From assembly GCA_021791675.1 (NCBI GenBank), contig JAJYWE010000001.1, forward strand, positions 79,526-143,525: a DNA stretch of 64,000 nt, given 5' to 3'. Positions within the stretch are counted from its first letter, which is position 1, and every line of letters starts with the position of its first letter. This stretch comes from Actinomycetes bacterium (GTDB lineage Bacteria; Actinomycetota; Acidimicrobiia; Acidimicrobiales; JAKAOS01). Below the pieces are notes generated by a model that was given only the letters and a program-made list of their open reading frames with translations, did not search any database and was not told the DNA's origin. Below are positions 26,302 through 36,117 of the stretch, piece by piece. The position numbers were made by a program, and so were the translations under genes.

Positions 26302-28935
26302 TCACCGCTCCGACGACCCGAGCGCCTCGAGCTCCTCCACGGTCATCAGCACCGCGCGCGCCTTCGAGCCCTCGGAGGGCCCGACGACCCCGCGCCGCTC
26401 GAGCAGGTCCATCAGGCGCCCAGCGCGTGAGAAACCGACCCGGAGCTTGCGCTGCAGCATCGAGGTGGACCCGAGCTGCGAACGGACGACCAGTTCCATT
26501 GCCTCGGCGAGGTACTCGTCGTCGTCGAGCTCTCCAGACTGTTCCGCCACCTCGCCGCCGTCCACGCCCTCGAGGTAGCTCGGCTGGCTCTGGCGGCGCC
26601 AGTGCCCGACCACTGCCGCCACCTCGGCCTCGGTCACCCACGGACCCTGGATCCGTCGAGCGTGGCTGGACGACGCCGTGAGCAGCAGCATGTCTCCCTT
26701 CCCGACCAACCGCTCGGCACCGGGTTGGTCGAGGATGACCCGGCTGTCGGCGAGCGAGGAGACGGCGAACGCGAGGCGAGAGGGGATGTTGGCCTTGATG
26801 ACACCCGTGATCACGTCGACCGAGGGCCGCTGCGTCGCGATGACGAGGTGGATCCCGACCGCGCGGGCCATCTGCGCGATCCGCATGACCGAGTCCTCGA
26901 CGTCACGAGCCGCCACCATCATCAGGTCGTTCAGCTCGTCCACCACCACGAGCACGAACGGGAGTGGCACGGGCCCCGCCGCCTCGCCCGCTGCGACGGC
27001 CGCCTCGTCCGCCTCTGGTGTTGGGAGCGGCCGGAGGGAGGGGAGCGCTCGGCCGGCGGTTCCGCTGTCGAGCTCACCCCGGGCCAGCGCGGCGTTGTAC
27101 CCCGCGATGTCGCGCACCCCCGCCTCGGCCAGGAGGTCGTAGCGACGCTCCATCTCCTTCACCGCCCAGCCCAGCGCGTTCGCCGCCTTCTTCGGGTTCA
27201 CCACGACCGGGGTCAGCAGGTGCGGGAGACCGTTGTACTGCCCGAGCTCCACCCGCTTCGGGTCGACGAGGATCAGGCGAACCTGGTCCGGCGTCGCCCT
27301 GAGGAGGATCGAGGTGAGGAGCGAGTTGAGGCAGGACGACTTCCCAGCGCCCGTGGCACCCGCGATGAGCAGGTGGGGCATCTCCGCGAGGTTGACCACG
27401 ACCGCCCGCCCGGCGATGTCCCGACCGACGGCGATCTCCAACGGGTGGCGACTTGCGCGCGCCTCCTCCGACGCGAGCAGGTCCCCGAGCGCGACCAGCT
27501 GGCGGCGCTGGTTGGGGACCTCGACGCCGATCGCGGATCGCCCCGGTATGGGCGCGAGGATCCGGACGTCGGCCGAGGCGAGTGCGTAGGCGATGTCCTT
27601 CGCGAGGGCGGTGACGCGCGCGACCTTCACCCCTGGCCCGAGCTCGAGCTCGTACCGGGTGACGGTGGGGCCGGGAGTCATCCCCACGAGGTGCGTCGCG
27701 ACGCCATGGCCCGCGAGCGCGTCCTCGAGCACGCGGCCGCGCGCCTCGAGCCCCTTGCGGTCGACCGCCTGCGGGCGGCCGCGGGTGAGCAGCGTCGCCG
27801 GGGGAAGCTGCCACGGCCCGGCAGCAGCGTCGAGCCGGAGAGCCAACTGCTCCGCACTCCTGCCCCCGTGCCCTCGCTCGGGGTCCTCGGCTCGCCCGCC
27901 CGCCGAGCGGGAGAGCGGACCCGGTCGAGCCGGGCCCGGCTCGGCATCCTCCTCGCCATCGACCGTCCGCTCTCGGTGCCTCGGGGCCGGACGGCCGGTC
28001 CCGGTGTCCCCACCGCGCCGCGCCTCCGCGGCCCCGCGCTCGCCGGCATCCTCCCCGTCGAGGTCCCCGAGGCCGTCCTCGATCACCGCTGCGATCCCTC
28101 CATGCCGAGCGCCCCGGGGCCGACCGAAGCGGCGCAGCCGCCCCGACCGCCCCTGCGCCGGGCCCGCGGCCCGGGTGACGCCCGCGCCGTGCTCGCCTGC
28201 GTGGTCGAGCACGCCCGTCGCGCCGGACCCGCCCTCGGGAACTGCAACCCGTGCCTGGGCGACGTCCCCGCGCTCCGCACGGCGCGCGCGTCGGGCCCCG
28301 GCGGCACGCGAGAAGAGCTCCCCGCTCACGGCAAACGCCTGGCGCGGGGACAGGCCCGCGAGCGCCCAGCAGGCGAACACCCCGACCACGATCACCATGA
28401 GCGCCGCACCGGCCGCCCCGAGGAAGTGGTGCAGCGACGCGCCAACGACAGCTCCGACCGAGCCACCTGCCCGACCGAGGCGCTGCCCGGTCGCAGCGAG
28501 CCCAGGTGCGCCGACCACGAGGTCTGCGAGTGCCGCCAGCGTCACGAGCACCAACAGGGCGCCCACGACACTCCTGCGGAGGATCGCACCCCACCTGCCG
28601 GCAACCATCATCCCCCCGATCACGAGCACCACCACCGGGAGCGCGAGCCGGGCGGTGCCGAGCAGCGCTGCGCCAGCACGTTCGAGCCAATGGCCTGCGA
28701 CACCGAGCACGGACAGCCAGATCCCGAGCGCGCTCAGCAGTCCGACGAGCACGACGAGGACGCCCCAGGTCTCCACCTCGACGGCGGAGAGCGCGCGCCC
28801 GGCCCGGCCCCAGAGGCGCTGCGCGCGCCCGGGCTCCGCCGTCCTGGCCGGGGTCTGGGTCGAAGTTCGCCCCCGCCGAGACTTGGACCCGGCGGGAGTA
28901 CGCGTCGCCACTGCCGAACGTCGCGAGCCGTCCAC
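26302..28935 (-). CDS. ftsK: DNA translocase FtsK
   Basis: N-terminal TM helices, a long Arg/Gly/Ala linker, the motor domain with Walker A IAGATGAGKSSCLN, and the C-terminal gamma domain (ELVVRSQLGSTSMLQRKLRVGFSRAGRLMDLLE). The start is uncertain (GTG 28935, GTG 28911 or 29076). Confidence 0.92.
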   Translation of the reverse strand: MDGSRRSAVATRTPAGSKSRRGRTSTQTPARTAEPGRAQRLWGRAGRALSAVEVETWGVLVVLVGLLSALGIWLSVLGVAGHWLERAGAALLGTARLALPVVVLVIGGMMVAGRWGAILRRSVVGALLVLVTLAALADLVVGAPGLAATGQRLGRAGGSVGAVVGASLHHFLGAAGAALMVIVVGVFACWALAGLSPRQAFAVSGELFSRAAGARRARRAERGDVAQARVAVPEGGSGATGVLDHAGEHGAGVTRAAGPAQGRSGRLRRFGRPRGARHGGIAAVIEDGLGDLDGEDAGERGAAEARRGGDTGTGRPAPRHRERTVDGEEDAEPGPARPGPLSRSAGGRAEDPERGHGGRSAEQLALRLDAAAGPWQLPPATLLTRGRPQAVDRKGLEARGRVLEDALAGHGVATHLVGMTPGPTVTRYELELGPGVKVARVTALAKDIAYALASADVRILAPIPGRSAIGVEVPNQRRQLVALGDLLASEEARASRHPLEIAVGRDIAGRAVVVNLAEMPHLLIAGATGAGKSSCLNSLLTSILLRATPDQVRLILVDPKRVELGQYNGLPHLLTPVVVNPKKAANALGWAVKEMERRYDLLAEAGVRDIAGYNAALARGELDSGTAGRALPSLRPLPTPEADEAAVAAGEAAGPVPLPFVLVVVDELNDLMMVAARDVEDSVMRIAQMARAVGIHLVIATQRPSVDVITGVIKANIPSRLAFAVSSLADSRVILDQPGAERLVGKGDMLLLTASSSHARRIQGPWVTEAEVAAVVGHWRRQSQPSYLEGVDGGEVAEQSGELDDDEYLAEAMELVVRSQLGSTSMLQRKLRVGFSRAGRLMDLLERRGVVGPSEGSKARAVLMTVEELEALGSSER

Positions 28936-29131
28936 GGAGTCACGGTAACACTCACCCTGGAACGCGTCGGTGCAGGCAGGCTGTGCTCGCCCCCTGTCTC
29001 CGGCAGCCCCGACCGGCGCAAGCCGAGCGGCTCCGGCGAGACCGAGCCCGCACGGCTGACCGGCGTCCGCTCCCACGGGTGACCAGCACCGAGCCCCGAG
29101 GGGCGACCAGCGCCAGCCCGGCGGCGCCGGC

Positions 29132-30847
29132 TCAGGCCTCGAGGACGACCGGGACGATCATCGGGCGCCGGCGCGTGCGCTCGCTCACGACGCGGCCAAC
29201 CGCCTGGCGGACCACCCGCCGGAAGCTCTCGATGTCCGCCACACCCTTGCCTGCGGCCTCCCCCACGGCGCGCCGTACCGCGGTCACGATGTCCTCGAGC
29301 ACCGGCTCGGCCTCACCCGCGAGCAACCAGCCACGGGTGATGAGCTCCGGACCGGAGACCACCTCCCCAGAGCGGACGTCGAGACCGACGACGGCCACGA
29401 CCACGCCCTCCTCGGCGAGCACCCGACGGTCGCGGAGCACCCCGTGACCGACGCCCCCGACGATCCCGTCGACATAGACGTACGCCGCCGGTACCTCGCC
29501 GTCGAAGTCGAGTCCCGACTCGGAGAGGGCGACCACGTCCCCGTCCTCGCACAGCAGCACCGACGACGCGGGAACGCCCATCTGGATCGCGAGGCGCGCA
29601 TGCGCCTGGAGGTGGCGGAACTCGCCGTGCACCGGCACGAAACCGGCCGGGCGCGCCACCGCGAGCAGTGTGCGCAGCTCGCCCGCCTTGGCGTGGCCGG
29701 TCGTGTGGACGTCCGCGACGCCCGCATGGACGACTTCTGCGCCGCGCCGGCACAGCCCGTCGATGACCTTCGCGACCGCGGACTCGTTCCCGGGGATGGC
29801 GTGGGAGGAGAGCACGACCACGTCGCCCTCGCCGACCTGGAGCCATTTGTTCTCGCCCGCCGCCATGAGCGCGAGCGCCGACATCGCCTCGCCCTGCGAA
29901 CCGGTCGAGATCACGCAGGTCGAGGCCGCGGGGAGCCCGGCGATCGCCTCGATGTCGACCAGGGACGCGTCGGGGATGCGCAACAGGCCGAGCTGCCGGG
30001 CCAGTGCGACGTTCTTGGCCATCGAGCGCCCGAGCGTGGCGAGCGTCCTACCGTTGGCGATTGCCGCGTCGGCGATCTGCTGGATGCGGTGCACGTGGCT
30101 CGCGAAGCAGCTGGTGATGATCCGCTTGTCGGGATGGGCCGCGAAGATCGACCGGAGTACCGCTCCGACCTCGGACTCACTCGACGCGTGTCCGGCCTCC
30201 TCGGCGTTGGTCGAGTCCGCGAGCAAGAGGCGGATGCCCGGGCCGTCGGCGAGCGCCCCGATGCGGGCGAGATCCGTGAGCCGTCCGTCGACCGGCGTGA
30301 GATCGAGCTTGAAGTCGCCGGAGTGGAGGATCACGCCCTGGTCGCTGTGGAGCGCGATCGCATAACCGTGCGGGACCGAGTGGGTGACCGGGATGAACTC
30401 CGCCTCGAAGGGCCCGACCGCGACTCGCTCACCGTCGGTCACCGTCACGAGGCGGACACGTCCGGTGAGCCCCGCCTCGTCGAGCCGGTTTCGCGCGAGG
30501 CCGAGGGTGAGGGCCGAGCCGTAGACCGGGAGCGGATCGAGCGACTCCGGGAGCTCGGCAACCAGGTAGGCAAGCGCCCCGACGTGGTCCTCGTGGCCGT
30601 GGGTCAGCACGCACGCACGAAGCGATGCCGCACGCTCTCGCACCCAGGTGAAGTCCGGGAGGACGAGGTCGACGCCCGGCATCTCCGCGTCGGGGAACAT
30701 GAGGCCGCAGTCGATCATGACCAGCTCGCCACCCTGGTCGACCACGGCACAGTTCCGTCCGATCTCGCCGAGCCCCCCGAGGAAAACGACCCGGACCGGC
30801 TCCCCGCCGGATGTCGGGCCTCGACGGTTCGCCACTGGGGAGCTCAT
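29132..30847 (-). CDS. rnj: ribonuclease J (metallo-beta-lactamase/beta-CASP)
   Basis: VVFLGGLGEIGRNCAVV, the THGHEDHVGAL zinc motif and a beta-CASP domain. ATGA overlap with the dapA stop. Confidence 0.93.
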   Translation of the reverse strand: MSSPVANRRGPTSGGEPVRVVFLGGLGEIGRNCAVVDQGGELVMIDCGLMFPDAEMPGVDLVLPDFTWVRERAASLRACVLTHGHEDHVGALAYLVAELPESLDPLPVYGSALTLGLARNRLDEAGLTGRVRLVTVTDGERVAVGPFEAEFIPVTHSVPHGYAIALHSDQGVILHSGDFKLDLTPVDGRLTDLARIGALADGPGIRLLLADSTNAEEAGHASSESEVGAVLRSIFAAHPDKRIITSCFASHVHRIQQIADAAIANGRTLATLGRSMAKNVALARQLGLLRIPDASLVDIEAIAGLPAASTCVISTGSQGEAMSALALMAAGENKWLQVGEGDVVVLSSHAIPGNESAVAKVIDGLCRRGAEVVHAGVADVHTTGHAKAGELRTLLAVARPAGFVPVHGEFRHLQAHARLAIQMGVPASSVLLCEDGDVVALSESGLDFDGEVPAAYVYVDGIVGGVGHGVLRDRRVLAEEGVVVAVVGLDVRSGEVVSGPELITRGWLLAGEAEPVLEDIVTAVRRAVGEAAGKGVADIESFRRVVRQAVGRVVSERTRRRPMIVPVVLEA

Positions 30848-31800
30848 GCCCCGACGGGACGAGCACGGGAGCCGGCGTGGGCCATCGCCGGGTCCGAGCC
30901 GTCCGCGAGCGCACCCGCTCGTTCGGGAACGCCAGCGAGGATGCGGCGCGCCTCGTCGACGAGTCCGGGGGGAACGGGGCCCATCGGCAGGCGGGTCCGC
31001 TCGCTGCAGAGCCCGAGCAGAGCGAGCGCCACCTTGGTCGGCACGGGGTTCGGCGCCGCCTCCGACGTCTCGAACGAGCAGCTCGGGAGGAGTGCTCGGT
31101 TGATCGAGCGAGCGAGCGGGAGGTCCCCTGCGCCGACCGCAGCGAGCAGGCGGCCGAAAGCCTCACCCGCCCAGTGCGTGGCGACGCCCACCACACCGAC
31201 GGCACCGAGCGACGCAAGGGGGAGCGTCAGCGCGTCGTCCCCGCTGTAGACCTCGATGCGCCCGGCGAGCGACCCGAGCACTCGGGCGGCACCCGCCACG
31301 TCGCCCGTCGCGTCCTTCAGGGCCACGACGTTGGGGGCTCGAGCAACGAGGGCTTCGAGCGTCTCGAGGGCCACCCGCCGCCCCGTCCGCACGGGGATGT
31401 CGTAGACCATGACCGCCAGGTCGGTCGCCGCGGCGAGCGCGGCGAAGTGGGCCAGGAGCCCGGCCTGGCTCGGGCGGCTGTAGTAGGGGGTCACCGCGAG
31501 GATGCCGGCGACGCCGAGACGCGACGCCTCCCTCGTGAGCGCGATCGAGTGCGCCGTGTCGGGGGTGGAGGTCCCGGCGAGCACCGGCACCGTGACCGCC
31601 GCCGCGACCGCCTCGAAGAGCGAGAGCTTCTCGTCGTCCGAGAGCGTCGGTGACTCCCCCGTCGTGCCCGCGAGGACCAAACCCTCACTCCCGTGGTCCG
31701 TGAGCCAACGACCGAGGCGAACAGCGGCGTCGACGTCGACGCGGAGCTCCTCGTCGAAGGGGGTCGCCATTGCCGTCACCACGCCACCGAACCGAGCCAT
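30844..31800 (-). CDS. dapA: 4-hydroxy-tetrahydrodipicolinate synthase
   Basis: GVVTAMATPFDEE, GLVLAGTTGESPTLS, VTPYYSRP and the catalytic-Lys context VVALKDATGD. GAAGGGG upstream of the ATG at 31800. Confidence 0.93.
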   Translation of the reverse strand: MARFGGVVTAMATPFDEELRVDVDAAVRLGRWLTDHGSEGLVLAGTTGESPTLSDDEKLSLFEAVAAAVTVPVLAGTSTPDTAHSIALTREASRLGVAGILAVTPYYSRPSQAGLLAHFAALAAATDLAVMVYDIPVRTGRRVALETLEALVARAPNVVALKDATGDVAGAARVLGSLAGRIEVYSGDDALTLPLASLGAVGVVGVATHWAGEAFGRLLAAVGAGDLPLARSINRALLPSCSFETSEAAPNPVPTKVALALLGLCSERTRLPMGPVPPGLVDEARRILAGVPERAGALADGSDPAMAHAGSRARPVGA

Positions 31801-31981
31801 GGACACCCCTTCTCCGCCTTCTCGGCCTTCTCCGCCCGCTCTCGCGTTCCCCGCCCCGAAGGCTAGCGCAGGCGTGTTCCGGCCCCAGGCCCCTGGCAGG
31901 ACCGAGGGCCGGATCCCGAGGAACGAAGGCGCCGGCGGGGAAGGCTGCGTCACGGCACAGCTTGTGCGACAATGGGAGGGC

Positions 31982-33103
31982 ATGCCCCCGATCACACCTT
32001 CGTCGTCTTCGCCCGCGCCCCGCGCGCCGGCTGCCGAACAGCGCCGCTGGCAGCGAGCCCGGCGGCACCTCCGGGTTCCCCACCTCCCCAAGCGCGTCCG
32101 CATGGTCGCGCGGGTGGTGGGGGCGCTCGGCTCCCTCGGCCTCGTGGGCTGGATCCTCGTCGGCGCGGCGAAAGGGATCCACCCGTCGCGACTGGACCCC
32201 GGGCTCCTCGCTGCTGCGCTCGCGTGCGCCCTCGTCGCCTGGCCGGCCCTCGCCGCAGGCTGGGCCTGTCTCTCCCCGAACCCGACCCCCTCACGGGCAG
32301 TGGGGATCTGGTCCCAGAGCCAGGTGCTGCGGTACCTCCCGGGCAAGGTGTGGGCACAGGCCGCCCGCGCCGGCTCCGTGCCCCAGAAGACGACGGGCAA
32401 GGTCCAGGTCGTCGTCGTCGAGGCGGCAGCAACGGTGTCGATGGCGGTTGCCATCGGTGGGTTCCTCTACGCGCCGGGCCACAACCCGATCTTCGCCCTC
32501 GGGCTCGTCCTGCCGGTCGGGTTGCTGCTCGTCGCCTGGAGGCTCCCCCGCCTCGTCGGTGTGCCCGCGAGGCGCATCGCGATGGCCCTCGGCTGCTACG
32601 CCGTGAGCTGGACGGCCTACGGCCTCGCTGCGGTGTTCGCCCAGGCTGCGATCGGCCCCTCGATCCTGCCCTGGACGGTGGCCGGCGCGGCGGTGCTCGG
32701 CTGGGCCTTCGGCTTCGTCACGCTCGTGGCGCCGGGAGGGCTCGGGCTGCGGGAGGCGGCGTTCGTGTTCCTCCTCGCAGCCGCGCTGCCGTCGCACCGC
32801 CTCGAGGCCGGCGCGCTCGTCACCCGCGTCGCGATCACGGTCGCCGAGCTCACCCTGCTCACTGTCGTGCTGGTCGCTGCGGCTCTCCGCCGGCGACGCG
32901 AGGCGCACGAGCCTCCCGCGGCGGAGCGCCTGGCCGCGAGCGCTCCCCGTACCACGGGAGCCCGTGACCAAGTCGGAGGCGGACCGGGCGTTCCGGGCAA
33001 CGTCCTCTTGGCCGCGGACTGGTCGGGCGAAGCCGACCTCGAGGGCGCGTGGCGCGCTGCGGCCCTCGCCTCGCCGCCGGTACTCGATGTCGAGCCCGAC
33101 TGA
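31982..33103 (+). CDS. lysylphosphatidylglycerol-synthase-TM-region-like (UPF0104, flippase-like) membrane protein
   Basis: About 8 TM segments, with QVLRYLPGKVWAQAAR and LVAPGGLGLREAAFVFLL typical of the LPG_synthase_TM family. GGGAGGG upstream of the ATG at 31982. The family call is from motif memory only. Confidence 0.6.
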   Translation: MPPITPSSSSPAPRAPAAEQRRWQRARRHLRVPHLPKRVRMVARVVGALGSLGLVGWILVGAAKGIHPSRLDPGLLAAALACALVAWPALAAGWACLSPNPTPSRAVGIWSQSQVLRYLPGKVWAQAARAGSVPQKTTGKVQVVVVEAAATVSMAVAIGGFLYAPGHNPIFALGLVLPVGLLLVAWRLPRLVGVPARRIAMALGCYAVSWTAYGLAAVFAQAAIGPSILPWTVAGAAVLGWAFGFVTLVAPGGLGLREAAFVFLLAAALPSHRLEAGALVTRVAITVAELTLLTVVLVAAALRRRREAHEPPAAERLAASAPRTTGARDQVGGGPGVPGNVLLAADWSGEADLEGAWRAAALASPPVLDVEPD

Positions 33104-33140
33104 ACCGGGACCTCACGGACCGAGCCGGGCCAACCCGGTG

Positions 33141-33971
33141 ATGCCCGAGGCCGCGGGTGGGCCGAGGAGCCCCCGAGACGCCCCACGCAACCTCGACCCC
33201 GACGGTCGATCCGGCGGGGAGCGGGGGTCCTCGGGCGTCCGCACTGCGGTGGTCACGGGGGGGTCCTCGGGCATCGGCGCTGCCACCGGCCAGCGACTCC
33301 GGGCGGAAGGCTTCGAGGTCGTCCTCGGCGCTCGGCGCCTCGGCCGGCTGCGCGAGGTGGCTCGCGCGATCGGCGCTCGCGCGATCGAGCTCGACGTCAC
33401 CGACCCAGCCTCCGTCGACGCGTTCGCCGAGGCGGCCGGACCTGTTGACGTGCTCGTCAACAACGCCGGGGGGGCGCTCGGCCTCGAGGAGGTCTCCGCC
33501 TTCGACGAGGCGAAGTGGCGCTGGATGTGGGAGGCCAACGTGGCCGGCGTCGCTCGCGTGACCCGTGCCCTCCTCCCGGCCCTCGAGGCGCGCGGGAACG
33601 GCCACATCGTCGTCATCGGGTCGATCGCCGGCGAGCACACCTACCCGGGGGGCGGCGGCTACACCGCCGCCAAGCACGCCGCCCGAGCCGTGACCGAGAC
33701 CCTCCGCCTCGAGCTGCTCGGCCGACCGGTCCGCGTGACCGAGGTGGATCCCGGCATGGTCGAGACCGAGTTCTCGCTAGTCCGTTTCGACGGCGACCAG
33801 GCCCGGGCCGCCGCGGTCTACGAGGGCATGACCCCCCTCGAAGCAGCCGACGTCGCGGACTGCGTGGCCTGGGCGGTGACGAGGCCCGCCCACGTCAACG
33901 TCGACCGGATCGTGGTCATGCCGCGAGACCAAGCCGGGCCGGGCCTCGTCGCGAGGCGCCCGCCGAGCTGA
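33141..33971 (+). CDS. short-chain dehydrogenase/reductase (SDR)
   Basis: TGGSSGIGAA cofactor motif, NNAG, catalytic YTAAKHA. The start ATG 33141 is the first canonical start upstream of the Rossmann fold. Confidence 0.85.
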   Translation: MPEAAGGPRSPRDAPRNLDPDGRSGGERGSSGVRTAVVTGGSSGIGAATGQRLRAEGFEVVLGARRLGRLREVARAIGARAIELDVTDPASVDAFAEAAGPVDVLVNNAGGALGLEEVSAFDEAKWRWMWEANVAGVARVTRALLPALEARGNGHIVVIGSIAGEHTYPGGGGYTAAKHAARAVTETLRLELLGRPVRVTEVDPGMVETEFSLVRFDGDQARAAAVYEGMTPLEAADVADCVAWAVTRPAHVNVDRIVVMPRDQAGPGLVARRPPS

Positions 33972-33995
33972 GCGGGCCACCCCTCCGGTCTCGCC

Positions 33996-34856
33996 TCAGC
34001 CCGGGGCGCCTCGGAGCCCGAGCAGGTCCTCGAGTCCCTCGGTCGTCCCCGGCGGGCTGCCGGCGCGCCGCAGCGCCAGGAGCATGCCCGGAACGAAGCT
34101 CGAACGGTCCAGCGAATCGTGCGAGATGGTGAGGATCTGGCCCGGGAGGCCGAGTCGGATCTCCTGGTGCGCGACGGCACCTGCCAGCCGGATGCTGTGC
34201 AGACGGATACCGCCCGGGCCCCGGCTGCCCCGCGAGGGTGCGGCCGGGCTCGCGTCCGGCTCCTCCGGGAGCAGCGGCGGGGAGCCGGCAGCCGCGCGCG
34301 CCACGGCCATCGAGGTGGCGGCGGCACGTGCCGTACCCGACGGCGCATCCCGTTTCGCCGCGTGGTGCATCTCCACCACTTCGATCGAGCTCGCAAAGGG
34401 GGCCGCCAGGGCAGCCAAGTGGTTGGCGAGCACGGCGCCCACGGCGAAGTTCGGGACCAATCGGCAGCCCAGCCCGGTTCCCGCGAAGAGTCGCTCGAGG
34501 GCCTCTCGGAGCTCGGGGTCGATCCCGCTCACCCCGACGACCAGGTGGATGCCGGCCCGGGCACACAGCGTCGCGTGCTCGAGGAGGGCGTCGGCGGCGC
34601 TCACGTCGAGAGCCACCTCTGCACCGGCAGCCGGGAGCGCACCGATGTCCGCGACGGCCTCGAGCTCACCGCCGTCTGGGCGCGCCACGGTCCAGGGCAG
34701 GCGCGCCGGGCGAACGACCGCAGCCACGAGCTCCAGGTCCGGCGCCGCAGCCACCGCCGCACAGGCGGTCGTCCCGAGCCGGCCAGCCGCGCCGAGGACG
34801 GCCACCCTGCGCCGCGCGGACACCGCGCCCCGCTCGGTCGTTGCGCCGGCCGTCAT
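33996..34856 (-). CDS. dapB: 4-hydroxy-tetrahydrodipicolinate reductase
   Basis: VAVLGAAGRLG, the EVVEMHHAAKRDAPSGTA catalytic motif and HSIRLAGAVAHQEI. ATGA overlap with the upstream peptidase stop. Confidence 0.92.
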   Translation of the reverse strand: MTAGATTERGAVSARRRVAVLGAAGRLGTTACAAVAAAPDLELVAAVVRPARLPWTVARPDGGELEAVADIGALPAAGAEVALDVSAADALLEHATLCARAGIHLVVGVSGIDPELREALERLFAGTGLGCRLVPNFAVGAVLANHLAALAAPFASSIEVVEMHHAAKRDAPSGTARAAATSMAVARAAAGSPPLLPEEPDASPAAPSRGSRGPGGIRLHSIRLAGAVAHQEIRLGLPGQILTISHDSLDRSSFVPGMLLALRRAGSPPGTTEGLEDLLGLRGAPG

Positions 34857-36112
34857 GACGACTCCTCGCCGAAGGGGAGGCTCGGTCGCCGGCGGGAGAA
34901 CGGCCCCACGAGGACCGCCGAGCGCGGCGCGCCGAGCACCTCGGCGGCCAACGCCGCCGCGTCGTCGAGACCCACCGCCTCGGTCCGTCCGAGGAGCTCC
35001 TCCACGGGGAGGACCTCGCCGTGGAGGAGCTGGCTCCTCCCGATCCGGCTCATGCGCGCCCCGGTATCCTCGAGCGAGAGCAGGAGCGACGCTCGCAGGT
35101 GCCCCTTCGCGACGGCCAGCTCCTCCTCCGTCGGCCCTGTCCTCGCCATCCGGTCCAACTCGGCGGCCAGGACCTCCGCCACCTCGCCGATCCGGCGTGG
35201 CGCGGCGGCCGCGTAGACGACGATCGCGCCGGCGTCGTCGTAGGCCACACGGTCGGAGTACACCGAGTAGGCGAGCCCTCGCCGCTCCCGCACCTCCTGG
35301 AAGAGGCGGGAGGAGAGCCCCCCGCCGAGTGCGTGGTCGACGACGTCCAGGGCCGCTCTCCTCGGGTCGTGGCGATCCGGGGCCCGCATCGCGACGACGA
35401 GGTGCGCCTGCTCGGTGCGACGCGGATGCACCACAACCGAGGCGGGCGCTCGCCCGGGCCCGACCCGCGTCGGGCGGGCGCCCCCGCTGCGCTCGGAGAG
35501 CCGCTCGGCCACACCTTCCACGACCCGATCGTGATCCAGCGCGCCGGCAGCCGCGAACACCATGTTGGCCGGCCGGTAGTGCATGTCGAAGAACGCACGG
35601 AGGCGCCCCGCGTCCATCCCCCCCACGCTCTCGGACGTGCCGAGCACGTCACGCCCCAGCCCGTGGCCCGGAAAGAGCGCCGAGGAAGCCAGCTCGTGGG
35701 ACAGGTCCGCAGGGTCGTCCGTGTGCATCAGGATCTCCTCGAGGATCACCCCCCGCTCGGCCGCCAGCTGCTCTTCGGCGAGCGTCGCCCGCCAGAGGAC
35801 GTCCGAGAGCAGCTCGAGGGCGAGGTCGAGCTGCTCGCCGAGCAGGCGCAGGTAGAACGCCGTGTACTCCCGCGCCGTGAAGGCGTTCATGTCGCCCCCG
35901 ACCGCGTCCACGATCCGGTCGATCTCCGTGCCCGAGCGATGCTCGGTGCCCTTGAAGAGCAGGTGTTCGAGGAAGTGAGAGGCGCCCTCGTCTCCGGGCG
36001 CCTCGTCTCGGGCGCCGGTACCGACCCAGAAGCCTGCAGTGACGGAGTCTGCCCCCGGCATCGCCTCGGTCACCACCTCGAGCCCCCCCGGGAGCTGGGT
36101 GTGACGGAGCAC
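34853..36112 (-). CDS. M16 family zinc peptidase (insulinase-like, PepR type)
   Basis: Inverted zinc motif GASHFLEHLLFKGT plus two M16 domains. Conserved position between pnp and dapB. Confidence 0.88.
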   Translation of the reverse strand: MLRHTQLPGGLEVVTEAMPGADSVTAGFWVGTGARDEAPGDEGASHFLEHLLFKGTEHRSGTEIDRIVDAVGGDMNAFTAREYTAFYLRLLGEQLDLALELLSDVLWRATLAEEQLAAERGVILEEILMHTDDPADLSHELASSALFPGHGLGRDVLGTSESVGGMDAGRLRAFFDMHYRPANMVFAAAGALDHDRVVEGVAERLSERSGGARPTRVGPGRAPASVVVHPRRTEQAHLVVAMRAPDRHDPRRAALDVVDHALGGGLSSRLFQEVRERRGLAYSVYSDRVAYDDAGAIVVYAAAAPRRIGEVAEVLAAELDRMARTGPTEEELAVAKGHLRASLLLSLEDTGARMSRIGRSQLLHGEVLPVEELLGRTEAVGLDDAAALAAEVLGAPRSAVLVGPFSRRRPSLPFGEESS

Positions 36113-36117
36113 GCCGG

